DNA from: a virus
Direction: 5' to 3' (one strand)
IMG/VR virus record: IMGVR_UViG_3300047557_002769
Span: 99,235-163,234 of that record
DNA: 64,000 nucleotides
A program made the translations under genes and the position numbers. This document shows positions 55,322 through 64,000 of this stretch, piece by piece; positions within the stretch are counted from its first letter, which is position 1; every line of letters starts with the position of its first letter. The notes under the pieces are model-generated. The model ran no database searches, was not told the origin of the DNA, and saw only the letters and a list, made by a program, of their open reading frames with translations.

Positions 55322-56869
55322 TTATTGTTGATTCTCTCTGCTAAGCGCAGCAATCTGCTCAGAGCCAGGCATACCAGGTTGAATCTCTAACGGATCATCT
55401 TCATTTTCATTTTCAATCTGCTCAATGTCGTTATCAGATAACATTAAGACTTTCTTACGTACGTAATGCTTACTAAAATAAGTACCTACGTAAGGCGTCA
55501 TTTGATTTACAACATCAATACGATTGCGTAAATTTTCTAAATCTTTAATCTCTTGGTAGTACTGATCTTGAGCGTACTCATAGTTGAGTTTCTCTTTGAT
55601 ATCAGCCCAGTCATCAACAGTAATTACACCTTTAAGAATTAACTGTGTGAATAATAAGTCGTCAAATAAAGCATTAAACTTTCTACGAAGTCTACTAATA
55701 AATTTAGCGAACTTCATTTCTTCTCTAGAAATTTCAGCAGCTCGTCCGAAATTAAACCCGGAAGCTTGTTGTTGGAATCTAGATGAAGGTACGTTTAATG
55801 ACTGATAAACTTTGTTCTGGAAGAATTCAATATCGGCAATCTGACCTAGATTCTCTCCACCAGGTAGAGTTGTAATCTCTGTACCTCTACCACCTTCGCG
55901 TCTTGGAAGCCAGAAATCTTCCAGCATAGTCATAAATTTACGATCGTCTTTAATTTCACCAGTACTAGAATCATACACGATCTTATTACGATATCGTGTC
56001 ATGATATCTTTCATGTACTGTTCGGCTTTATTCTTAGGTAAGTTACCGATATCAATGTAAAAGATTCTACGCTCAGGGGCTCGTGCTAGTCTGTAAATCA
56101 CCAGCGAGTCAGCCATCATCTTAAGCTGATTAACAGGTTTAATTGCCTTATGTAGGTAACCGATGACAACGTTTCTGTCTAAGTCTAAAAGACCCGAAGG
56201 ACAGAAAGCAATTGCATCTGTTGAAATTTTTATACCGGAGTTATTAGCCGAAGTAGGTGGTACCCCTGCAGCGTAATTTAAACCGCGTTCGTTATAGATA
56301 AAAAACTCATCTATAGACTTTACAACATCAACCCCGTTTTGAAGTTTTTCTTTCTTAACTTCACGCACTTTGCGAATTTTTCTAGGGTCAATGTATCTTA
56401 ATTCTTGAATGCCCTTCTTAGGGCTAGAAGGATCAATTACTTTTTGATAATATACTCTACCATCAATATACCATCTTCTAAAAATATCATGTGCTTTATC
56501 TTTAAAATCTAACAAAGAAAGTATTTCATTAAACTCTAGTTGTATAGATTTTTTAATCGTGTCGGAAAGATCAAGATCATCTAAATTAAGGGAAACCGGG
56601 GCCTCGCTGTCAATAGCAGCGATAGCCTCGGTTACAATTTCTTCAATAGCAGTGTCGCAGTCAGGGTAATTAGAAATTTCTCTATACCGTGAAATTAACT
56701 CTGACTCAGAACGAGCAGAGGCATCTATGTCTACGAACGTACCATAATAGCCGCCCGCAGAAACTGTAGATGCCCCGTCCTCGGCAACAGGAGTTATGAA
56801 CGATTGATTCTTTAACTCCTGTTGCTTATCCTCACGACCAATTGTAAAGCCAAATAAATTTATTGCCAT
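55322..56869 (-). CDS. 20: portal vertex protein gp20
   Basis: RAPERRIFYID.GN, EDFWLPRREGGRGTEI.TLPGG. Confidence 0.98.
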   Translation of the reverse strand: MAINLFGFTIGREDKQQELKNQSFITPVAEDGASTVSAGGYYGTFVDIDASARSESELISRYREISNYPDCDTAIEEIVTEAIAAIDSEAPVSLNLDDLDLSDTIKKSIQLEFNEILSLLDFKDKAHDIFRRWYIDGRVYYQKVIDPSSPKKGIQELRYIDPRKIRKVREVKKEKLQNGVDVVKSIDEFFIYNERGLNYAAGVPPTSANNSGIKISTDAIAFCPSGLLDLDRNVVIGYLHKAIKPVNQLKMMADSLVIYRLARAPERRIFYIDIGNLPKNKAEQYMKDIMTRYRNKIVYDSSTGEIKDDRKFMTMLEDFWLPRREGGRGTEITTLPGGENLGQIADIEFFQNKVYQSLNVPSSRFQQQASGFNFGRAAEISREEMKFAKFISRLRRKFNALFDDLLFTQLILKGVITVDDWADIKEKLNYEYAQDQYYQEIKDLENLRNRIDVVNQMTPYVGTYFSKHYVRKKVLMLSDNDIEQIENENEDDPLEIQPGMPGSEQIAALSRENQQ

Positions 56870-56886
56870 TATATACTTATGCTAGA

Positions 56887-57432
56887 TTAAACAGCTGATT
56901 CACCACCAGTCACATTGAAGTGCTGGTACTGCCAGGTAACTGTGAATGTAGAGATCTGGTCGTTTGCACCGAAATCAAGCGCAACAGGTGATAGATCTAC
57001 AGGCATTGCACTTCTTAGGACATAAGTCTTAAGAACTCTACCGTTTCTGTCTAGCTGGCTAACGGATAGATCAGACTGATATTCGAAAGGCTGTAAACGG
57101 CCTCTCTTAGCAGCTAGATCATCCATACCATCCATCCACTGCTCAATACCGTTTCTGATAGAGAAATCAGAATCGTTTAGAACAGTAATGGTCCATGGCG
57201 CAAATACTCTGTCGCCAGCAAACTTTACTTCACGGCCACGATATTGCACAATGGCAGGGTTTACAGTTTGACCAGGTAGCTCAGCAACTGATACTAGGAA
57301 CGGTGCACGTGCAACAGCTAAGGCTCCGATCGTAACATAGCTAGGAAACGAAAGTGCTACTTGGAACTGATTAGGACGAGCGCCGCCGTTAGTAAGAGAT
57401 GCTTTAAAAGCTTCTACGTTAAATGTTGACAT
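56887..57432 (-). CDS. 19: tail tube protein gp19
   Basis: GGARPN.F, LPG, GDR.F..WT.T. Confidence 0.93.
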   Translation of the reverse strand: MSTFNVEAFKASLTNGGARPNQFQVALSFPSYVTIGALAVARAPFLVSVAELPGQTVNPAIVQYRGREVKFAGDRVFAPWTITVLNDSDFSIRNGIEQWMDGMDDLAAKRGRLQPFEYQSDLSVSQLDRNGRVLKTYVLRSAMPVDLSPVALDFGANDQISTFTVTWQYQHFNVTGGESAV

Positions 57433-57446
57433 TTACTCTCTCCCTA

Positions 57447-59117
57447 TTAAGCGCCTACTTCTTCGAACGAAATACCTGATCTCGTAGCAATGAAGTTCAG
57501 TTGAATGAAGTTGATTGCGCGAGCAGGCTTGATGAAGATATCTGCCACGAATTCGTTGCGATCGATAACTTCACCAGTGTTGTTTGTTTCGTCGCAGACA
57601 ACCTTAAAGTCGGTAATACCACGACGACCCTGTACATCACGCAGGAACGGTTCAACTAGATTCTTGAACTGAGCACGTGTGAACTGGTCGTTGAACTCGA
57701 ACAGCTGGAATTTAGCTGCTGTAGCAACGGCTTTCTCAAGCACGATAAACAGACGACGTACGTTAATACGATCGAATGCAGAAGGCTTAGCAAGAAGAGT
57801 CTTGTCTCCGAACAGAACGGTACCTTGACCGGGTAGTGTAACAACAGGGTTAACACCAGCCTTATACAGGGTATCGCGTTCAGTCTTGCTTGGCGAGAAT
57901 GCCAGCTTAACAACGTTCTTGATCTGACCGCGGTTTAGACCAGCAGGAGAGAACCAAGGATCAGCAACGAAATCAGTGCGCACTGCGCAACCTGCAACGT
58001 CGCCGTTCAGAGGAACCCAACGATACTTGTCGTTGTAGCGATCGTATTGATACTTCCAGCCTGAATCCATAACTGCGTAAGACGAGCTTGGTAGCGTGTT
58101 ACGGAATGCAACCACGTCGTTAGCTTCATCGCCTAGGTTATTAACAACATCAGCTAGCTCAGGAGAAATGAATGCTACGCAGTCTTTTCTCACTTCAGCT
58201 ACGCTGTTAATAATGTAGTTTGCAGTAGCAGTATCTGCTTCACCAGCACAAATTAGAGAAACATCAAACTTCTCGTCGTTTGCAAACAGTGAGTAGCCAG
58301 TCTGTACATTACCAGCAGAAGGTGCATCGTTTACACCTAAAGAAAGTGAAGCTGTAACATTAGAAACTAGGTTGGCGAATGTAACGCCTTGTGCAGCTGT
58401 ACCCCAATTGGTACCAGCAGCAGGGTGATCCATCCAGTAAACGTACTTAGATGTTCCATTTAGAACATTTTTGTAGTAGTTTGTTGAACCATCAGCCTTC
58501 TTAGCATCAGAAGCTTTAGATACAAAAGCAAACTTCTCTAAAGTTGTACCAGCTGTACCTGTCCACGCACCGTCTTCATCGATAACGATAATGTGAAGCT
58601 CGTCGTGAGCACCACCAAAGTCGCTTGCGTAAGTAGAGGTGGAAGGAGCAGAATCAAATAGGTCTTTGTATGCCCATGAGCTAAAAGTATTAGCGTCAGC
58701 AGCGGATACCTTTAGAGAGTTACCTAGTGTACCAGGATACTTAGCAGCGAATTCACCAACGTTAGCAGAACCGTCAGCATATGTGTTCTCATATGCATCT
58801 TCGTTCTTAATTAAAAGAGCGGTAGCGCTAGCGTTAGCAATAGCATTTCTAGCAGCTGAACCAACAACACGAACAACCTGCAGGTTATTACCGTAAGCTA
58901 AGAAGTTAGCTGCGGTAAAGAATGATTTAAAGACTGAATCGTTAGGCTTACCGAAACGTTCAACAAGTTTATTTTCCGAATCTACCGTAACAACTTCTTC
59001 TACGGGACCCCATTGAAAAGCCCCAGCAAATGCTCCGGCGGTCGTAGAAACTGCAGGGACAATCGCTGTAAGGTCCCTTTCAGTAACTAGCACACCAGGT
59101 GATAACTGAAATGCCAT
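57447..59117 (-). CDS. 18: tail sheath protein gp18
   Basis: SPGV...E.D, F.WGP, W.SPAG..RG, FDRINVRRLF. Confidence 0.97.
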   Translation of the reverse strand: MAFQLSPGVLVTERDLTAIVPAVSTTAGAFAGAFQWGPVEEVVTVDSENKLVERFGKPNDSVFKSFFTAANFLAYGNNLQVVRVVGSAARNAIANASATALLIKNEDAYENTYADGSANVGEFAAKYPGTLGNSLKVSAADANTFSSWAYKDLFDSAPSTSTYASDFGGAHDELHIIVIDEDGAWTGTAGTTLEKFAFVSKASDAKKADGSTNYYKNVLNGTSKYVYWMDHPAAGTNWGTAAQGVTFANLVSNVTASLSLGVNDAPSAGNVQTGYSLFANDEKFDVSLICAGEADTATANYIINSVAEVRKDCVAFISPELADVVNNLGDEANDVVAFRNTLPSSSYAVMDSGWKYQYDRYNDKYRWVPLNGDVAGCAVRTDFVADPWFSPAGLNRGQIKNVVKLAFSPSKTERDTLYKAGVNPVVTLPGQGTVLFGDKTLLAKPSAFDRINVRRLFIVLEKAVATAAKFQLFEFNDQFTRAQFKNLVEPFLRDVQGRRGITDFKVVCDETNNTGEVIDRNEFVADIFIKPARAINFIQLNFIATRSGISFEEVGA

Positions 59118-59190
59118 TTTCTTCTCCTTTTGTTATACTATGAAGGCAATGATCATATTAAAATTACTTTTTATTTATGCTTTTAGAATT

Positions 59191-60855
59191 TTAAAGATGC
59201 CCATTGTTGAGTAAGAAATTCTTCAAATCACCTTGAAATTTATCTGTTAACCATAAATCTCCACCCGAAACTTCAGGAATATCGTCTTCAGCAACTCCAT
59301 TATCAATAAACCCAAACGGTGTAAGTTCTTCTTCAATATTCTTAATCTGCTGACTGAATAGTGCCTGTCTGTTATTTGCGTTCATAATGTCTTTAAACAT
59401 AGTATCATTAGACACCCATGCAAAGAGAACCAGAGTCATTGTTAGGTCATCGTTATAACCTTCGTCAGCTTCAAACGAACCATTATGTTCGATAAAGGTT
59501 GAGAACTCTGATATAATATCTTTATCAAAAACAAGTAATTTATTATTCTCAACTAATGATTTCAGAGTTGCACAACCAATTCTTTTGATCTGTTTGGTTG
59601 TTCTAACACCAAGCGTTGCGTTCTTACCAGAACTAGACAGCACTTGACCATATCTAGAGTCAGAACCGACCCAGATCATGTTTTCATATTCTAGTTCATT
59701 GTGAATGATATCAGCAACCTGCTGACCAATATCGTTAATCTCAACTAGAACAAAAGCATTGTTATAGTCTTTTGCCGCTTTAAGAATAAAAGAAGGGTAT
59801 AGCAGCGGTGAGACTTTATTGTCCCTGTACTTAGCAACCACAGAGAAAGGGTATTCAGTTGTATCGATTACAGTAAATGCTGAGTAATCTCCTCCAACAC
59901 CTCTTGATGTATCTACTACAATAAAGTAAGCATGCTTTTCTTTGGGAGGTTCGAGAACATCTAGTCCATCACTTGAGAATGTATAGGGCTTAGGTGATAA
60001 TCTTGCAATCGTATCAGCATTAATAAGTGTATTAGATGAACCAAGGAATGCACAAAGAACTTCTTGGTTGAATTTAATTTCACCCAATAGTGCTTTCTGT
60101 TCATCAGCCCATTTCTTATCACGCTTGGGATGCTCATGATACTCAACGCGAAGAGGTGTAAATCCATTAGTTCCATTCTCAGCTTCATTCCAGAACTTCC
60201 AGAAGTGATTGTAACCAAGCGGGGTAGATGTAAGAATAATCTTGGTTGTCTCACCAGCAGATACAACAGGATAAACAGAAGTAAAGAACGCTTCAGCAAT
60301 ATTGTTAGGAATAATAGCAGCTTCGTCAACATAGAGTAAGTTAACTGACTTACCACGAATACCAGCTGAAGAAGTAGCTGCTGTAAACACCGAGGATCCA
60401 TTTTCTAATTCTACGTCGCCCTTGTTCCAGGTCTTTATACCTTGCTGCATCCATAGGGGAACGTTCTCGTACATAAGCTGATAACGAGACAAAATTTCCA
60501 TCGCTGCATCAGATTTATGCGCTAGAATAGCAACAGTCTTGTTGTTATTAAACAATGAATACCATAGAACATACGCTGCAACCGTTTGCGACTTACCCAT
60601 CTGTCTGGGCTGCATACTAATAACACGTCTGTTATTTTGTAACGTGTTAATAAAATTCTCTTGATAAGGGTATAACGAGAACGGAATTAGTTCTTCACTA
60701 TCAAGTGAAACTATCTTACAATATGTTTTTATGAAGTAGATCGGATCATCTTTACATTTCATGAGCTCCATTACCTGCTCATGAGAGTACTGAATTACAT
60801 AACCAATCTGCTTTAAAGAACGATTGCCGTTATACGAATTTTTATTCTGGGTCAA
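59191..60855 (-). CDS. 17: terminase large subunit gp17
   Basis: PRQMGKS, YVDEAA, STPLG.NHF, DDL.M. Confidence 0.97.
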   Translation of the reverse strand: MTQNKNSYNGNRSLKQIGYVIQYSHEQVMELMKCKDDPIYFIKTYCKIVSLDSEELIPFSLYPYQENFINTLQNNRRVISMQPRQMGKSQTVAAYVLWYSLFNNNKTVAILAHKSDAAMEILSRYQLMYENVPLWMQQGIKTWNKGDVELENGSSVFTAATSSAGIRGKSVNLLYVDEAAIIPNNIAEAFFTSVYPVVSAGETTKIILTSTPLGYNHFWKFWNEAENGTNGFTPLRVEYHEHPKRDKKWADEQKALLGEIKFNQEVLCAFLGSSNTLINADTIARLSPKPYTFSSDGLDVLEPPKEKHAYFIVVDTSRGVGGDYSAFTVIDTTEYPFSVVAKYRDNKVSPLLYPSFILKAAKDYNNAFVLVEINDIGQQVADIIHNELEYENMIWVGSDSRYGQVLSSSGKNATLGVRTTKQIKRIGCATLKSLVENNKLLVFDKDIISEFSTFIEHNGSFEADEGYNDDLTMTLVLFAWVSNDTMFKDIMNANNRQALFSQQIKNIEEELTPFGFIDNGVAEDDIPEVSGGDLWLTDKFQGDLKNFLLNNGHL

Positions 60856-61258
60856 TTGTTTTAGCCTTTTGCGCGCTAATCATCTTCATTAGGTCCGATG
60901 TAGAGCCTGCAAATACGATGTTGTTCTGAGTGCGAATATTATTATTTTCTGTATTGCCTTCTAGATCTTTTTTCTGCTTATGAATACCCATTAGATCTTT
61001 AGCAATATCGGACTGGGCTTTTATAAGCTGCCCTACTACTTCGTAAGCTCTAGGATGTTCAGAGTTTCTAGCTAGATCTACTAAATCAGTAATTACAGCT
61101 TCATTTTTATTGATTAAATTACGAAGAGTATTTCTTGCAAGATCAAAGTCATCATCTTTTTGCTCTTCCTGATTTACTGGAAGAGGTAATAACTCTTGAT
61201 TGTTTTCTCTAACAGGCTCTACATTAAATAGCTTGCCGAGATTTTCATCCATTTTCAT
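60842..61258 (-). CDS. 16: terminase small subunit gp16
   Basis: D....R..L, SEHPRAYEV, F.GST.DL. Confidence 0.92.
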   Translation of the reverse strand: MKMDENLGKLFNVEPVRENNQELLPLPVNQEEQKDDDFDLARNTLRNLINKNEAVITDLVDLARNSEHPRAYEVVGQLIKAQSDIAKDLMGIHKQKKDLEGNTENNNIRTQNNIVFAGSTSDLMKMISAQKAKTIDPE

Positions 61259-62007
61259 TAGAAATCCTCAAACGTTTCTATAATATCAAAGTCATCGTCT
61301 GGTTTTGCATCTAGCGGATCCAGAATAGCATTGTACCTTTGAATTCTAGCTGTCAATTCTGGATTACTATATGTATTGACAGTCGCAGAACGAATAATGC
61401 CTTGCTTAGAAATCGGTCCGAAGAAGTTAAGTTTCAGCGTAAAGTTAAAAGTCCAAACAATAGCTCTTCTCTGCGTAAAGTCGCCTTCATATGTATCTTC
61501 ATAGTCTACTGAATTGAGAATAATAGGTAAATCGTTCTTAATACCTAATGCAGGCATTGCATTCAATGATAGGTTATATTCCGGATTAAAGTAAGGAAGT
61601 ATTTGCTCTACAATTTGTAATCCGTCATCTTGATTCTTAGTATACACATAAAGAAGCATGTTAACGTTATAAGGGGTAGGCGCGTACTGCGTATTAAGAG
61701 TATTGGCTGTATTATTAACAACTCTGTTGTTCTGTACCAGGCTTACTCTTCTTTGCGCGTCATACACAATACCTGTCATTTCAAAAGCCATTCTTGGAAG
61801 AAAGATTTGAAACTTTTCGTCAGGTAGATTAGCTTCAGCTTTAATACGAGCTAAGAACTTTTGTCTCGGTGCATAGGATAGAGGTACTTTTAATGTCTGT
61901 ACCACATTACCTTCGGCATCTCTTCTATCAATAAAAATATTATTGAAAAGATTACCAAAAGCAATAACCGATTTTCTTATCGTACCCCAATAGAATTTTT
62001 GTAACAT
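61258..62007 (-). CDS. 15: tail sheath stabilizer gp15
   Basis: FG.LFN.I, VPL.Y.P..K, LPRM.FE, QI.EQILPYF.P. Confidence 0.95.
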   Translation of the reverse strand: MLQKFYWGTIRKSVIAFGNLFNNIFIDRRDAEGNVVQTLKVPLSYAPRQKFLARIKAEANLPDEKFQIFLPRMAFEMTGIVYDAQRRVSLVQNNRVVNNTANTLNTQYAPTPYNVNMLLYVYTKNQDDGLQIVEQILPYFNPEYNLSLNAMPALGIKNDLPIILNSVDYEDTYEGDFTQRRAIVWTFNFTLKLNFFGPISKQGIIRSATVNTYSNPELTARIQRYNAILDPLDAKPDDDFDIIETFEDF

Positions 62008-62750
62008 TATACTATGATCTCCCCGAATGGATTCTTCTCAGAGAAATCCAGAATATCAATATCCCCTCTGAAGTCTTCGTTCTGAGCTAGAGGATCGATA
62101 TTATTAATATCGTAAGCTTCATTAATAACCGCTGCAGGAGTGATGTATTCCAGAAGCATTCTTGAATTGTTCTCAAGCATAATGTTATACTCGTTGACAT
62201 CTAGAGATTGAACTGTTGCACCGTTATCGATCTCAGATACACCAGTATTAAATCTCTCTGAAGAGAACTGCATCAGCTCACATTGTAGTTTATAAACGTA
62301 TAGCTTACCGACCTGATAGAATGGATCTCTGGTTTCTACTTTTCTAATTTCAAAGTAGGATTTCGTTAACGGGAAGTAAACAATATCGCCTTCAGCTGGT
62401 CTGGTTGTAATTTGAGCATTACCAGACTTAGCGATTACCTCATCCCATCTTCTTCTTGCTACAACAAATGTTACAGTGTCTCTGATCTCAACACCAAATT
62501 TAGTTAGCAGGTCTCCTTCACCCTCGAACCCTGTTACATTTTGCATGTACATCTCAAGAGGGTATGCGTTTTGGTAATCGTTTAACGCATCTTCAGTCAG
62601 GATATCGTCTTGGTTTTGAGTTGTTCTAGGAATATAGTACGTATCAAAGCCATAGATCTTAAGGCATTCAATTATAATATCTTCCATGAGCAATTGCTCT
62701 GAAGATCTGCCTCCCGGTATACCAGATTGAAAGTAGAACGAAGTAGACAT
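62007..62750 (-). CDS. 14: neck protein gp14
   Basis: E...I.G....Y.PR, KFG, RP.EGD..YFP, PFYQ.G, NPFG. Confidence 0.94.
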   Translation of the reverse strand: MSTSFYFQSGIPGGRSSEQLLMEDIIIECLKIYGFDTYYIPRTTQNQDDILTEDALNDYQNAYPLEMYMQNVTGFEGEGDLLTKFGVEIRDTVTFVVARRRWDEVIAKSGNAQITTRPAEGDIVYFPLTKSYFEIRKVETRDPFYQVGKLYVYKLQCELMQFSSERFNTGVSEIDNGATVQSLDVNEYNIMLENNSRMLLEYITPAAVINEAYDINNIDPLAQNEDFRGDIDILDFSEKNPFGEIIV

Positions 62751-63331
62751 TATGTTCTACCTTTCATATTCTTAGGCCATGATAATAGCCCGTTTCTTCT
62801 TTTTTCCCACATATCTGCTGACTTTTTACTTAAATGCTGCTTATATTCTGGGTCATTTTTTCTTTTTTCAGCAGACTTTTTGCCAGCATTAGAAAGATGT
62901 TGCTTACCTTCTTCTGTAAGGCTTCTTCTTTTAGCCGATTCAGACGCTTTTACTTTACCATCTTCAGAAAGAGGCTTCCCTAATCTAGGCTTATCGGTTC
63001 TTTTATTTCTAGCAATTTTTAATTTTTGCCTAGTAGCTTCCGCATGGCCTTTGTTAAAAAAATTACCATCACCATTATGCATGTTATAAAACCCTGGGTC
63101 TTGAGCTGCATTAATTGATTTTAAAATCGCAGCTTCAAATTTTATCATTTCTGCATATGTACCAAAAGCTAAAATTTCTCGTGAGAAATCATCTGGTCTT
63201 TTTTTATATTCTTCTAGCATTGCTTTACTCGAGCAAATATAGGTATCGTCAGGAGAGCCCTTATGGGTACCAACATAAAGAAGATTTTTAGTTTTGTCAG
63301 TCCAACAATATGCGAAAGCTTCGGTAGCCAT
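62750..63331 (-). CDS. Seg-like GIY-YIG homing endonuclease
   Basis: AFAYCW...YVG.H....D.Y..SS, E..I, FYN, NUMOD3-like tail; inserted between gp13 and gp14. Confidence 0.75.
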   Translation of the reverse strand: MATEAFAYCWTDKTKNLLYVGTHKGSPDDTYICSSKAMLEEYKKRPDDFSREILAFGTYAEMIKFEAAILKSINAAQDPGFYNMHNGDGNFFNKGHAEATRQKLKIARNKRTDKPRLGKPLSEDGKVKASESAKRRSLTEEGKQHLSNAGKKSAEKRKNDPEYKQHLSKKSADMWEKRRNGLLSWPKNMKGRT

Positions 63332-63362
63332 GTTACTTTATCTTTCTGTTTGGTAAACTGAG

Positions 63363-63414
63363 CATGGATGATCTATTGCATTGCATGTAAAATCCATATG
63401 TGGACGGATGAGAA
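63363..63414 (-). repeat. 52-bp element, copy B
   Basis: matches 9443-9494. Confidence 0.85.
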
Positions 63415-63419
63415 TAGAA

Positions 63420-64000
63420 TTAACCAGTAAAGAAATCGACTGGTAATTGAAATGTACTTTGAACTTCTTCTTTAAGATTAGCTATTTCTTCAGTAGCTTC
63501 GTCGAAGATCTTCTGTCCATTCATAGTTACACCACCAGGTAATTGTACACCTTCGAACTTCTTAAGGTTTGTACCCCATTGCTGCTTAATTAAAGCTGTA
63601 GCGTATCTCTTTAACCATCCATCGTTATATACATCGGTAAACGTTGATGGATCGAGTATTCGATAAGCTTGTACGATTACGTAATCACCAATATCTAAAT
63701 CATCGCTCCAGTTCATATCAATATAGACACGGTTTTGATGTCTATTGAATCTAATTGGTTTTTGACCAACTAGAAGATCATTGATAAGCTGTAATTGAGT
63801 TTTTACTTGGCTGTAATAAATCATATCCGTTGATTGCAACGAATATAGATCGTTTAGTAGGATTTGATAGCGTACATCAAAAAGATCAATACCCCTGGTT
63901 GTAGAGGACATTGGTAAAACTTTTTCTACACCAACTACAGCATCGTTCAGGGAAATATAACGATTATCAAAATTACCTAACGTAATAGAAGATAGAGTAG
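63420..64000 (-). CDS. 13: neck protein gp13 (5' end beyond window)
   Basis: W.K.YATAL.K.QWG.NL.KF.G.QLPGGVT.NG. Confidence 0.95.
   Translation of the reverse strand, partial: TLSSITLGNFDNRYISLNDAVVGVEKVLPMSSTTRGIDLFDVRYQILLNDLYSLQSTDMIYYSQVKTQLQLINDLLVGQKPIRFNRHQNRVYIDMNWSDDLDIGDYVIVQAYRILDPSTFTDVYNDGWLKRYATALIKQQWGTNLKKFEGVQLPGGVTMNGQKIFDEATEEIANLKEEVQSTFQLPVDFFTG

Noticed and set aside
50961-62750. Introns or inteins in capsid, portal, sheath or terminase genes
   Set aside because: ORFs are continuous with no extra inserts visible.

Overview
Part of a large T4-like (myovirus) phage genome, almost entirely coded on the - strand. The ahpC/ahpD sequences suggest a betaproteobacterial host (inference). 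Left to right: (1) a holin-like gene end and a GH19 endolysin; (2) a 3.4-kb array of 23 tRNAs covering all 20 amino acids, interleaved with a PAAR gene and at least eight structured non-tRNA RNAs, four of which share one conserved 18-bp closing stem; (3) a GC-richer early region of promoter-plus-small-gene cassettes; (4) many small hypothetical genes; (5) auxiliary genes (ahpC/aldolase/ahpD, carbamoyltransferase, peptide deformylase, D-amino-acid dehydrogenase, galE, UDP-glucose dehydrogenase, methyltransferases); (6) gp46/gp47; (7) a 7-deazaguanine DNA-modification cluster (folE, queD, queE, queC, queF, a dpdA-like gene and a PurN-like formyltransferase); (8) gp55, uvsW, uvsY and the head/tail module gp3 to gp13. 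The most striking observation is just upstream of the tRNA array. A 37-codon, probably leaderless ORF (4425-4538, below the ORF-track cutoff) uses all 20 amino acids. Its last codons form one arm of an 11-bp hairpin that competes with an intrinsic terminator. This is the layout of a ribosome-stalling attenuator that would raise tRNA-array transcription when any aminoacyl-tRNA runs short. All calls were made by eye, without database searches or folding software.
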